Part shown: positions 1-13,200 of the stretch, piece after piece
How positions within the stretch are numbered: position 1 is the first letter of the stretch
Layout of the letters: each line of letters opens with the position of its first letter
Assembly (NCBI RefSeq): GCF_036588685.1
Contig: NC_086386.1
Span: 57,908,001 to 57,972,000, forward strand
Source: Mytilus trossulus
Taxonomy: Eukaryota
DNA: 64,000 nucleotides
Direction of reading: 5' to 3'
Made by a program: the position numbers and the translations under genes
The notes under the pieces: generated by a model
The model's input: only the letters and a program-made list of their open reading frames with translations
Databases searched by the model: none
Told to the model about the DNA's origin: nothing

Positions 1-351
1 TTTCATTTGTTCTTTCATTTCGCCCATTTCTTTCATCATCATGTCCTTCATTGCGTCCTTGTTGTCGGCCATTTTACCAGACAGACCGGAAACCATGGAA
101 GACACGTCGAAATCCTCTGGCATATTTTTGACGGCGTTCTTTATTTGGTCTTCGGTGATTCCCATACTTCTAGCCATGTCTCTCATTTCTGGTGACATGT
201 GTTTGATGGCGTTTTTGATGTCGGCTGGTTTAAGGTCTTTGAGCATGTCCATGGCACCACTTGGGAGCTGCCCACCAAATCCTCCCATTAATCCAGGGAA
301 TTGAGCCATGGCGCCGACAGCCAAAAGACCGAAAAGAACTATCTTAATCAT
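1..351 (-). CDS. 5' part of a secreted, methionine-rich protein of unknown function (truncated by window edge)
   Basis: Manual translation from ATG at 351: MIKIVLFGLLAVGAMAQFPGLMGGFGGQLPSGAMDMLKDLKPADIKNAIKHMSPEMRDMARSMGITEDQIKNAVKNMPEDFDVSSMVSGLSGKMADNKDAMKDMMMKEMGEMKEQMK, open to position 1. Signal-peptide-like N-terminus; splice acceptor tttcag|aatcATG just upstream; higher GC than the flank. Confidence 0.85.
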   Translation of the reverse strand, partial: MIKIVLFGLLAVGAMAQFPGLMGGFGGQLPSGAMDMLKDLKPADIKNAIKHMSPEMRDMARSMGITEDQIKNAVKNMPEDFDVSSMVSGLSGKMADNKDAMKDMMMKEMGEMKEQMK

Positions 352-3300
352 GATTCTGAAATAAATCAACAGATACATGTGATAGATGTGTTAATTCAGA
401 TTGGACCCAACAAAATATAGCTAAATTTCCTGCTTCCCTGTATACCTTAAATTTATCTGCATTAACATATTATTAAGGGTGCAATCATTTTACTTCAACA
501 AGGAGAATTGTGTTTCTTTGTCAGATTCAGAAATTTATTAGTTTTCGTGCAAAGCCCAACAATTTATTTCAGTTTTTCAACGATATGAATTTAGTTTCAT
601 TTTTTTTTCAAAATTTAAGACATGTATAAAGCTTAATATAGAAATCTAGATTCGGAATATTTTGTTGTTGAAAAAACCTTTACCTCCCACCTTTGAAATT
701 AGATAGTAGTTCCAATAACACAAATAAAAGATCTTTTGGTTATAAACACTGTTAAAGTCTATACTTTTTTTTGTTAATCTTCGTTCAAATCCAGAACAAA
801 TCCCTATACATAATGGATAAAGGTTAATAAAAATTTATAAATGTTTTTCTAAAAAAAATATCTACCCTATTTTTTGTCTGACAGGCGGCAAGACACAAAT
901 TAATAATATGAAAACAAGACAGCCTTCAACAATGAGAAAAAAATACAAATTCCGTATGGTCGGCTATAAAAGGTCCCGACATCAAAGAAATGAAAAATTT
1001 CAATTGAAAATACTATGGGCCTAATTTATAACAAACCAATTTACGCAAAACTTATACGGCAGATATGAATTAATCGACGACAAACACTGAACTGCAGAAT
1101 CCTGACTTATGACAGCCTCATACACAATTTTTAAATTTTTTGCCATTGCATTAATGTATACATACATGAACATTCTTGGAAATACGAACAGTAACTCTAA
1201 TTTAAATCTAAATTAAAATCGCTACGAACGAGAACCTCGGTTTTTTTTTGTCCAGATCAAAAGCATATTTTTTTCGACAAGTTCACGATGTTGTATTTTA
1301 TTCAGGACTACATATTGAAGATGAATTTTAGCATTATGGTTTGAGTATTTGTAACAACGGATTTTTTTAATATAATAAACTATGAAACATTTCGTATATA
1401 TACGTACATTGTTCAGGTTTTTTTTCTAAAATCTATATGCAGCCCTTACAACTTTTTTTACGTAAAAAACAAACTACGTTAAAAAATTACAAACTAATTT
1501 TTTTCAACTTACCACTGTGGACTGATGGATAACGACTTCAAAACAAAAGTGATTTTTTCTTACTATCGCTCATCTTTAAATAGATATTCCTGGTTGCAGA
1601 AATTTGTATAACAAATTACATAAATAATATTGTAACAAATATGTTATTAAAAATTGTGCATATGCCTTAAGGCAGGAGACGTGTATTTCACCTTCTGGTC
1701 AGCAGATTTTGAACATTAATGAAAATTGTAATATTACAGTCGGGTATGTCTGCACATGATGTTTGATTATATATTCGTAAATATACTTGTATATACATGT
1801 ATCAACTATATTAAATTGTTAGAAAATATAGCATTTATTCTTTTCGAGACGTAGCGAGTCCATAGTCAATCATAATGTTTAATTCAATTTTCCAATTTTT
1901 TATACTGCACTTTAAACTTCGCGCTAAACTTTAAGGTTATATTTTTTCTAAACTTTTGTAAAAAAAAAATGAACGTGGAAGAGGACGTACGTAAACAGTA
2001 TTCGCACAAAACAGAAGCAGAATAATAGGCAGTACTATACAAGTACAACATATACACCCGCACATTTGGTGTAGAATAAATTTAAATAATATTTGCAGAA
2101 GTATATAGTATGTCTATAATATTTGTAGACCAATATTTGACTAAACATCATATGTGTTTATAATTTTATACATTGAAGTATATGGATAGAAATCTCTTTA
2201 AATACAGATAACTTCGGAATAACTCATTATAAGAGTCCTCCTTTTTCCTTCCCATAAAAGAGACTAGAAAACGAGCGATTTTTCCGGGCTGACTTTATCT
2301 AGAATTCAGCCATTTTCAAAAGGATACATTCATATTGATATCATGAAGAGTACTCGGTAAGAAAAATGTTCACCAATGTTGGCCGTCTTTAAAGTAAGAT
2401 CGTTTTAAAAATCAACAGTTTAAGAGGTAAACTAACAAAAGAACCGAACTCAAAGGAAAGTTCAAACTGACCTGGAACAGAATCATTCTCGTTTGAAAAA
2501 AATAATTATAACAATGTATCTGTGCAAAAAGTATTAATCATATTCTTTAAATGATTTTGTTATATTATATATGTTTGAACAGTTACAATTTAGCGGGACT
2601 GTTTACCTTTAATCAACAAGTGCATAAACATGTAATTTGGTATTATAATTATATCAAATGTCAATAAGACAACTATTCGCTAAAGACCAAATCACGCAAA
2701 TACATGCAACTATAGATAAACGTAGTCTTCAACAATGACAAAACCAACACTAGAATATATTTGTTTAGGGGCCAGCTGAAGGGACACCTCCGGGTGCGGG
2801 AATTTCTCGCTACATTGAAGACCTGTTGGTGACCTTCTGCTGTTGCTTTTTACAATGTTTTTTATTTGGTCGGGTTGTTGTCTCTTTGACACATTCCCCA
2901 TTTCCATTCTCAATTTTACTGTATAGTCATCTATAAAAGATCTGCCATTAAAAAATGCAAAACAATTCAAACTAGACAGATTGATGCCCCTGCACTCCAC
3001 TCTGAAGTAACTGTATTATAACATAGTCAGTGTAGGACTTTCCTTGATATTATTATATCTGAGAGACATAATTAATGTCCTTGCAGATACAAGTGTTTTT
3101 TTAAAATAGGATTCAAACTAGGAGGAGTTAAGCAGAATAACTATTTACCCAATATGGGACAGACAGACGGATGTACAGGGGTAAAACAGTATGCCCACAA
3201 ACTTTCAGTTAGGAGGGTACAAGAAAAAGCATATGCCTGATACAAAATTAGTCTATAGATAGACAAAGCATGGACATAAAAAATGGTAAAACCATACCAC

Positions 3301-3458
3301 ATGATGTGTCTGTACAGAGTCAGGCTATGTCTTACCATGTATTGTTTGTTACTTTTTGACTCCATTGTATGTCTTTCTTGGAGAAGTCAAGTGTTGTCCG
3401 TTTTTAAGGTTGGTTGTACATGTTGTACAGTCCAATACTTTTGTTAATCACAGTGTAT

Positions 3459-3739
3459 AAAAAAAGATGTGGTATGATTGCCAATGAGACAACTATCCAC
3501 AAAAGACCAAAATGACACAAACATTACCAATTATAGGTCACCGTGCGGCCTTCAACAATGAGCAAAGCCCATACCGCATATAGTCAGCTATAAAAGGCCC
3601 CGATAAGACAAGGTAAAACAATTCAAACGAGAAAACTAACGGCCTTATTTATGTAAAAAAATGAACGAAAAACAAATATGTAACACATAAACAAACGACA
3701 ACCACTGAATTACAGGCTCCTGACTTGGAACAGGCATAC
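3459..3739 (+). repeat. Abundant interspersed repeat family A (AAGATGTGGTATGATTGCCAATGAGACAAC...), representative copy
   Basis: Related copies at about 13290-13580 (+), 26385-26700 (-), 35465-35755 (+), 36560-36700 (+), 50710-50826 (-), 52365-52478 (-) and 53110-53382 (-). Class (SINE or Helitron-derived) not determinable by eye. Confidence 0.85.
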
Positions 3740-4137
3740 CCTCTTTATGCTTAACAAATGTGTACAAGATATTTATCAGTAGATGTTTTAACATCAATTC
3801 CCAAATATCAAATGGATTTTCAGAACACCAAAATATAATTAGCTTTTACATTTGGACGAGCAGTAGTACCCATAAATAACCACTGACCTATAGCAGAAAA
3901 ATGGGCAAGCCTAATCAAATAAAATTTGGAGTAGAAACTGTAGAGCAGAACACCTCTTACTTTTAAAGATGGGAGTCTTGATATAAAGCATCTGAACCAT
4001 ATAATTATTTTAACATCATGAACATAAAACCTTAAGTTCACCCCACCTACTATTAAGTAAAGAAGCAAATATGTACCTTTTTAAGAGTGTTTTCTGAGAC
4101 TATATCAAATAAATGACCATTTGCACTAACACATGTA

Positions 4138-4500
4138 AAAAGTAAAATCACAAAAATACTGAACTTAAGAGGAAAATCAATTTGGTAAGTCCATAATCAC
4201 ATAGCAAAATCATATAACAATATGCATCAAAAACAAATGGACAAGAACTGTTACATTCCTGACTTGGTACAGACATTTTCAAATGTAGAAAATTGTGGAT
4301 TAAACCTGGTTTTATAGCGCTAACCCTCTCACTTTGATGACAGTCTCATCAAATTCCTTTATATTTACATTGATTCATTAACTAAACAGACACAATAAAT
4401 AAAATAGTGAAAATATGGGTACATCAGTCATCATCATATAACAATTTTAAAAGGAACAATTTAACAGAACACAAAAACATCTTTCTTTAAACACATTCAT
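4138..4500 (+). repeat. Interspersed repeat family B (AAAAGTAAAATCACAAAAATACTGAAC...)
   Basis: Highly similar second copy at about 24629-24960. Confidence 0.85.
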
Positions 4501-5120
4501 TGATTTGTGTGTCTGACATCAGAAAATTTTATACGTCACAGCAGTTAGTTTGTTTTGTGTTAGATTACATGGATGGCATGGTTTTTTTTTTGGAAGCATA
4601 TAAATTTGAACTCCACAAAACAAATGAAATTAATAAATTTATTTTCAAACATAAATAAATGTAAAATACCAATAAATATTAAAAAATACATTTCATACAG
4701 GTTGGATGGAATTTCATATAGATTGGACGGAATGTCATTTTCTGTTGATGGAATGATTTATTCAATATGATAAAATGTAAATTTATAAAATGAATACTTT
4801 AAAGTTTAATGCATTTATGGAAATTCCTTTTTGAGAAATAAATGTAAATGTTGAATGATTAATTGATTAATCTTTGGTGTTTGACACCACTTTTAGCATT
4901 TTTGGTTTCATCAAGGTGGTCAGTTTTCATTGATGGAGTTACCCCAGTGTCCCCTTAGAGAACCACAAGAAAACTGGCAATGCAAGTTAATAAGATTGCA
5001 GTTAAACACATGTGTGGGGATTATAATTCACCTCAGTGTTCACCAGCTAATAAATGTTTAATATACAGATATTACAGATTCATCCAAATAATCCTCTAAT
5101 TTGGAAAAAAAAAGACTTAA

Positions 5121-5393
5121 GGTGGTACCTAACACTACAGGGAGACAACTCTGTAAAATCAGCTAAACGCTTTAATTACGTTGTGTTGTGAAAAGAGTAT
5201 TTAGCTTCTCAATGATCAAAATTAGTGTTTGACAAAATGCTATATAACCAGTGTTATTTTTCTGATAAAACGGTTGGTTCAAAATTTTTAAATTTTATAT
5301 ATTTTTGTCAAAGGGTCAAAGTAAATACTTTGTCAAAATTTTATGAAAATTAAACGAGCCAAATTAATTTTTGTGAAGGTGTTGAGTACCGCC
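5121..5393. mobile_element. Short non-autonomous TIR element (Kolobok-like MITE)
   Basis: TTAA|GGTGGTACCTAACAC ... GTGTTGAGTACCGCC|TAAA: imperfect 15-bp terminal inverted repeats, TTAA-like target. Confidence 0.7.
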
Positions 5394-5530
5394 TAAAGAA
5401 AAAGAAAACATTTGATTATTTTTTTAGAATACAAGGACCCATAACACAATAACTGGTTAAAAACTTAGAGAATTAAGAGTTTCCATATAAACAGTCAATT
5501 AAGTGTACATGTATATATAATATTAGACAA

Positions 5531-5669
5531 TTACTGTCTTTTGGTGAGGTAAATGTGTGGTTTTATTGACTTTTGAAAAACTGATATTCACTGAGGCCAA
5601 CGGCCGAAGTGAATATTAGTTTTTCAAAAGTCAATAAAACCACATATTTACCGAAACAAAAGACAGTAA
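5531..5669. repeat. Long imperfect palindrome (about 60-bp arms)
   Basis: TTACTGTCTTTTG...GAAAAACTGATATTCAC / short spacer / GTGAATATTAGTTTTTC...CAAAAGACAGTAA. Confidence 0.85.
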
Positions 5670-6041
5670 ATGTTTTATTCCATATTCCGAGAGTAATTAA
5701 TGTAATGGAAAATATTTACCAAAACCAATTGTACATCAAACGTTTTTTTAACAAAAATTATACACGTAAAAGCACGCGACGTTTTGCGCGGTGAATATCC
5801 TTTTTCCGCAGGTGAATATGCTTATTTATTCAAAATCCCATTCATATAGAAAAACCTACTAATATTTTATCAATATGGAATAATTTCAATTATCAAAATT
5901 AGATAATTCTAATAATTTTTCTTCAATAACAAATCAAAGAATTTCAAAAAATACATATTACATATGCACCAGAAAAAAACCACATGAAATTGCCTTTAAA
6001 ATATAATGCATGCTTTAACAATAACAAGCTTAAACAATTAA

Positions 6042-9000
6042 GGTAACACGATACCGAATGGCATATCTCCCGATTTCAAAACTTTTTTGCATACGCGTTC
6101 TTTGCACCGAGTTACATCGAAATATGTAATAAAAAATGGGGGTCACCATTTTTGTTTTCTTGGTATTTTCGTTGGAAAACGTCGATTTGGGCGACAAATT
6201 TACTTAGGTATATAGGGGAAATGCCTGTTTTTCGGCTAACCTTTTTAGATTTTCCAATGGATGGCTATGTTCTTATATACGGAGAACAACAAAAAACTAA
6301 CATAATATTCAGAATTACAAACTGAATTCATACATGTATAGAAAATCATATGTCACCATCCTTGTTTTTGAGATAAATGGCTTCAAAATTGATTGATACC
6401 CTTAGAATTTGACCGAAAACGTGTGACGTTATTGAATACGGAATGTAACGTTATTCTCCTCAGACATATGAGAAATGGAAAAAAACAAAATGTGTCGGGA
6501 TCTGAAGGGTGTTTATTTTATTTTCGTTTCCCCTGTCAGGTTTCCGTAAATTTCCTAGTGATAGGAGATTATACCGATATAATTTATTTCGTCCTGCACA
6601 TAGAAATTTCACTAACATGCATGCATTTAACATTAATCTCGTCTGATTTTTACACCTAACGAGCATACTACATATTTTTGTAAAATTCGAGTTAAAATAA
6701 TTTGAAATGTTTTACGTGTGATTCATTTGAATTACTGAGTTTTTAACTCCATCCTTTATGACAATGGTGGTGTCATTGCTTCATCCATGCAGAAAAATAG
6801 TACTTTAAAAATTTGATTCAGTTAACAGTGATATAATTGCTCTGTTTTTGATTGTTGTTAACGTTCAGTGGCAAATAGATCATGCATGATAAATAAAATA
6901 ACAAAACTCAAAGAAAAATTCAAAACTTATATTCTTGACTTGCTACGTACATTTGTACGTTAGTATAGTGTACTTTGCGTGGTGTAAACGTGTGAGTTGC
7001 TTGCTCAGCATGTCGGACAAAAATTGCAAACTGTATGCAAAATTTCACTATTTGTGCAACAGTCTGTCATTTGTGGAAAATTATTTTATAAAACAAATCT
7101 TGAGATCATATATGCATTCTTTATTAGTAAAACAAACTGCGAAACATAACAACTCAAGCTTGAAATTCCACATGTAGGAGATGTTACCCGGAGTCTGTAC
7201 TCTGCGGGCCATTATAATTTATCAAAATGCCTATGCAAGCAACCTGTCATGAACAAAAAAAATAAGAAAATACAGACGATATGCGCACCTTTAAAAAACA
7301 GGTACAAAAATTAAACCTGAAGCAAAAAGACTATCAAGTGTGGGAATGACGGTCGAATTTACACGGATGAAACAATATGATGTTGTGTGCTCTATATTAG
7401 TTTCAAGTGGCGATTTTGAATTGTAGGATTGATTGCTGGTATTTTTACGTCCAGTGGCAAATATTTTATGCATGTTCAAGACGCAGTTAACAATAAATAA
7501 TACATCCCGCACAGCCAAATGGACGCCTCACTTTGGAAGCATTTTACTGCCGGTCGGAAGAAGACCAAGTGACCATATTTTATTTATCCCTATTCACCCT
7601 AGGCCTTAGGGAGTAAATTGTAGGATATCAAGAAAATATAAAACTTTTATGCGCAATAGACATTGTCAGAATTATAAAAGGTTTTTGCACTCGCTACGAA
7701 ATAAGTGGAAAGCTCGGCGAGTCTCGCCTTCCATCTTGTTTCTAAAGCTCATGCTAATACATTTTATACTATAGTATTACAAAATTACATACATGTATAT
7801 GAATTTTTTTTATATCATATATTTATGGATTTTTTTGTTTCCAGTTTTTGGAGAAAAAAAATAATTTGTTTTTGACCCTGAGAAAAGTTTTCGTCTTGTC
7901 GCCAAAAAAATAGATTGTCTTTCGCGGAACAAAAGTTTGTCCAGAAAAAAATCTATAGCCCCCCCCCCCCCCCCCCCCCCGAAAATCAAATGGATGCGCC
8001 CTAAGTATGTGGGCAATATTTCCCTCAGGGGCTAAAAAGGCAACTATGTTAATTCTCTTTCAGTCGTGTTGTCTCCGAACTTGTACATGTACATTATTTC
8101 CACCTCAAATCATACAACAAAAAACACACTACCACCAAATACCCATGCAAGCGTAGTTAACACGAAAATAAAATCTTAAGGATTTCAAGATCTTGCTATT
8201 TCAGTCTCTTTTTATCCGTTTGAATAATAATTAGTCAGTCGTTTGATTGTAAATTTGGAGAGAAAAATTTGTAACGAAACCAGTCTGACTATAGCCAGTC
8301 CCGACTATCAACTTGCATTTATATGCGCAAGTGGCAACTTGGGGATGGCTTTAGTCAGACTGTAACGGGACCTGCTTTTTCCTTTTATTGTTGCCGAATC
8401 AAGTTCCCATGTATTTCTCAGCCTACGTCAACTTTTTCAGGCTTCATTCCGATGTTTCTGTCTATCCCGTGTAGACTTTGTCTATATGATTACAAATCTA
8501 GCACTTTATTTTCAAAATATTTCCGAAACTATATCGGATTTACTCTGTGCAGAACAATGAATTTCGAAGACTTTTGATACTGGAACATAGAGAAAGATAT
8601 TCGGCAAAATAACCGAGTAAACCACTTTCTTAAAATTCCATACAAACAAACTATTGTGTATGAGTTGCAAAGTCTGCTTGTATTGTGCATTATCGCCTAA
8701 TTCTATCCGTATTCTCATCCAGATAAGTTTCCTTTTTCCATTTTGCCCGAGTTGTGTTTTTGACGACCATTTTAACACGAATTAAAAGATGTACCAACAA
8801 TTCCCCGTGTTTTTTACACATCATTCTAAGTTTCTATAGATTAGATTTCTACTTTCAAAACAAAATTTCATGGGAATACGGCGTTCATCATTAAAAAGTA
8901 TTTATTGCAAACATATACCAACAATAAAGACTTGTGATAAAACTTAGTCTATTATATGTAATTAAATCGGTCAGATGCTTAAATTTTAAAGAAACAGAAT

Positions 9001-9860
9001 ATTTAAAAGTAAAGTAATTCATTTTTAAAGATTAACAATGAGCAATAACAAAAAAAGTTATTAACATTTTCTTCATCGGTCAGGCCATAAGTCTGGGCAG
9101 AGGCGATGTTGGTAAGGTCAAGTTTTCTAACTCTTTAATTAACACTTTTTAAATGATCCGATTCTTATATCTCTATATTTTATGTCAGAATCTTCCTTGA
9201 CATCAAATTTGAAGTCGATCCTTCAAAGAAAAAAAAGTTATAAACAATTTACATCGGTCAGGACATTAGTCACGGGAAAGATGTAGATGGTCAGGTCAAG
9301 TTTTCTTTTTTTTCCCTTGTATTATTGTATTAAATGTTTTAATCTGCCATGGTATTGAGTTTGTCTATCCTGTTAATAATAAAACAAAATCGCTGGTTCA
9401 TTGCTGTCAGGATATAAGATCATATAAGAAGTTTCAAAGTTAATTTGGTCAGGGCAAGTTTTCTAACTCTTATAAATATGTTTTTCATTTTTTCCTTTTA
9501 TTTATTAAAATATAAGTTCTCATCTTGCTTGGTTCCAAATTTCAAGTTAATCCTTCCAATAATAAAAAAAAAAAGTATTTAGCATTTTCATTTCTGTCAG
9601 AACATTGTCAGGTTGTCAGGACATTCGTCAAACTCCGTACAGTAAATAATCGATTCCGTTCCGGAACTATTTTCCTTTACTCCATCAAGTATCCAGAAAA
9701 AGTTACTATAAAAATGTAACCTTAAAACCCAATATTTTTTGTTATAATTGTATCACTTTGTGATTGCAAAACCTGATGCATTGGCTTGAATATGTGAACG
9801 TTATTCGATAACGTCAGGAACGATAACTCGTGGCGTAACGTCATTCGGTATCGTGTTACC
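6042..9860. mobile_element. 3.8-kb non-autonomous DNA transposon with TTAA target duplication (Kolobok-like)
   Basis: Perfect 19-bp TIRs GGTAACACGATACCGAATG (6042-6060) and CATTCGGTATCGTGTTACC (9842-9860), each flanked by TTAA. GG...CC termini fit Kolobok rather than piggyBac (CC...GG). No intact transposase ORF; degenerate subrepeats at about 9050-9620. Confidence 0.85.
8281..8362. mobile_element. 82-bp miniature inverted-repeat element, Academ-like ends
   Basis: CAGTCTGACTATAGCCAGTCCC ... GGGATGGCTTTAGTCAGACTG. Flanks TAACGAAAC and TAACGGGAC match 7/9 (putative 9-bp TSD). Confidence 0.6.
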
Positions 9861-10221
9861 TTAACATTGAAATATTCCATTAACTACTGGTGGATGATTG
9901 ATTGAGAAACCTACAATATCTGAAATAGTCAATTCATTTAAAAACAAAAACTTGATAAAAATAAAACCTGCCATTTATCAAATTTCATTGATGGAGTCTT
10001 TTTATTTTCATCATTCGATTTTAATATTTCATCAATGAGATGATTTACTAAGAACCTAGAATATCAAAAATTCTGTGATAAAACAAAAACTTGACATTAT
10101 TCAAATGTCAGACTTAATTTTTTTAATCCAATGTAGGCTTTGTCCTCTTTTTTAAAAAGAGGAAAACACTAAACCTCTGATTTATATTTAACAAAATAAA
10201 ACATTTTAAAACAAAACAAGA

Positions 10222-13200
10222 TCAGAAATTAAAATCATCATAATCTCTGACCATCCGTAATGTAACTGTTAATACATGTTTGTCAGCATCCCACTGTGCT
10301 TTCCCTGCCTTGTGGTCAACAGGATGTGGAAGATGTAGTCCTAGTTTACTGGAAAAAATAAATAAAGTATTAACATTTTATTATGGAACCATCTTAAATA
10401 AAAAAATTAAGGATTATATCTGCATACACCTAATTGATATTTATTCCATTTTGGATAAGTTCTAAAATTACACAACTTTTTCATCCACTTGAGACTATCT
10501 GGGATCCTGTTTAAAAAATTCACCGTGCATGCTACTTTTTAAATGAGACCTGTTTAAACTACCGTTAATACTTCAAACAAAATATTTTTTTACTTCAATT
10601 TTAATTTCGAAAAAGTGGATCATACTCTATTAAAGTTTCTCAATGGTCTCTTTCTAAAGTTTTTCCTCCCACAGCTCACTACTGATGACCTCTATTTTCA
10701 GGGATCTGACCCAAACAGGAAGTTGTATAAATGACTGTTTTTTCTGGTTCTAACTAAATAGTGATAAGGTGTATTAGGCAAAGATCTGATTCAGTGTCTG
10801 TACCTGTTGGTTAATTATTTTTCGTGGGATACCAATTTTTGTGGAATTTTTGTAAATACAGATAAACCATGAATTTATATGTTCAACAAATTACAAAATT
10901 CTATAAGGTTGTATGCAGAAATTGGTAAAACCAAGATTTCAAATATCCACGAAAATTGGTACATGTACCAATGAAATTTAATGATTCCACAGTAGCCAAA
11001 CATTTGATTTTGACCATTTAAAAATTTCCACAGTTTGGTGTAGTGATACTATCAAGATTTTGGACACCTGAATCAAAATTATGGAACAAGTTTCGTTTTA
11101 ATTACTAGATTGTTGTTTGCTTTTAAGATCTCATGCTTTTTACTTGATATTGAATCTTTCAAAACAAATTAGGCCCAACTGTGTAAAATAAAATTACAAA
11201 CTATACCTTCTGGGTGTTCTACAATCTAAAAATTTAGATTTGACATCTAATTCTATATCTGAGCCTTTGGTGCCTGGTAATTCTATTTTCACCTGAAAGT
11301 AGAAGCGTCTAAATATAACAAGTATTTTTAAAAGAATGCTTACTTATAGTTAGAACAATGAAAGTAGACATCAATAGTTTCAAATTTTGAAAAGTGACGG
11401 GGAAAAATTTAATCTTAGTCTATGGGAGATAACTCAAATATTTTATCTGTGAAGGAAATAATATATTTTGCTCATTCCTTCCAACCAATCACCTTCAAGC
11501 TGCTGATCAAATATGAATGTGTTCTGTTGAGTAGTTTTAGAGAAAAGTGTAATGAAAAATGCATGATTCATTCAACATATTGAAAAATTGTAGTCAATAT
11601 ATTGAGATGTTTAAGGGAAAAGTGTGATGAAAAATGTATGCTCCATTCAACATTGAAAAATTCAAAGTATCTTCTGACAGAAACTAGATGTCCCACAGAT
11701 GCAAAACATAATAACTGATCATGGTCAAGCTGATGACCAAATATGAATAATTTAAGTTTAGCATATACCAGGAGAATGTCTGACAATAAAAATCAAGATC
11801 AATCTATATACTGAAATATTCAAAGAACAAGCAAACAGGAAGAAGATGTCTGACATATCATACAATAAAACAAAACAATCGATTATTTATTCCTGCCAAT
11901 TCAGATGGTAGTTTGAGAAAAGTGTCAAGAAATGGTTTGTTTGGCAATGGCTGGACAAACTCATAGGGTGATTGCAACATAGCTCTCATTTCTAGAATGT
12001 AGGTAAAAGACATGTTTTTTTTAAATTTATTTCATGAAAATATAAATGTTTTAAGCATTTCTTTTTTACGCTTACCACCATATCTTCACAGCTAGCAGTG
12101 GCATTATTTTTATTTCCCATCTGTAGAAACATGTCTTCTGAGGTTATTGCTTGTTTGTAAATAATATCATAACTGTAAAAAAACAAAATTTGATAATGAA
12201 TTATCTTCCTAGATAAAATTACTAATATTAACAATAATTATCTACCTTCGTTAAATTACTAATATTAACAATAATTATCTCCCTTCGTTAAATTACTAAT
12301 AATAACAATAATCATCTCCCTTCGTTAAATTACTAATAATAACAATAATCATCTCCCTTGGTTAAATTGCTAATATTTACAATAAGTACCACCCTTGGTT
12401 TAATTTCTTATATTCTACAATAACTTTCTACTTTGGTTGAATTACTAACATTTACAATAATTATCTCCCTTGGTAAAATTACTTATATTCACAATAGTTA
12501 TCTCCCTTTGTTAAATTACTGATATTCATAATAATTATTTTTCTAGTTTCAATTACTGATTTTTACAATCTGGTCAATAAAATTCATATTAGGTGAGGTG
12601 ATTTATTATTGCAATGTTGGGACAATAAGTGATTGTCTAGATTATTCAAATTTCATTTTATTTATCATGTTTATTGTAAAAGTAAAAGTCTCAGCAAATG
12701 TTTTAAAAGTTAGCTTTCTTACATTTGACTCAAATGTATAGTAGGATTCCAAAAGTTGGTTAAAAGTTACATGAAATAATAACATGATAATGAGATCTAT
12801 ATAATGTGGATTCAGATTTTTTTTTTTTTTACAATTCTACAAGGTTAAGGTTGCATTAATTTAAAGTTGCAATTTATATGAATTAAACAGGATTTTTCTT
12901 AATATCGCGAAAGTTAAAGTTGCATTTAAGTCCGAAATGACAAAGTCGCAATAATAAATGCACACAATAATTTCTAAATTTACAGTAATGTGTTTTGTGC
13001 AAGTTATCATTTCCGATTGTATATTTTTCATTCCTTACTCTGGTTGAGGCCGTGGGTCATATATTGTGTCATACTCTGATCCCTCCACCACTTCATCATC
13101 GTCCCAAATATCTTTTGTTTTTTTCTTCTGTGTCTTCTCTGGAATAGAAAGTTTACAACAATATAACATCAGCAGTAAAAGCCATCTTATTTATTCTGGT

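Noticed and set aside
7-304. + strand ORFs 7-195 and 41-304
   Set aside because: Antisense shadows of the - strand secreted-protein exon.
7180-7600. Possible THAP-domain remnant (KWTP...HF..GR) inside the TTAA element
   Set aside because: Too fragmentary to support without a profile search.
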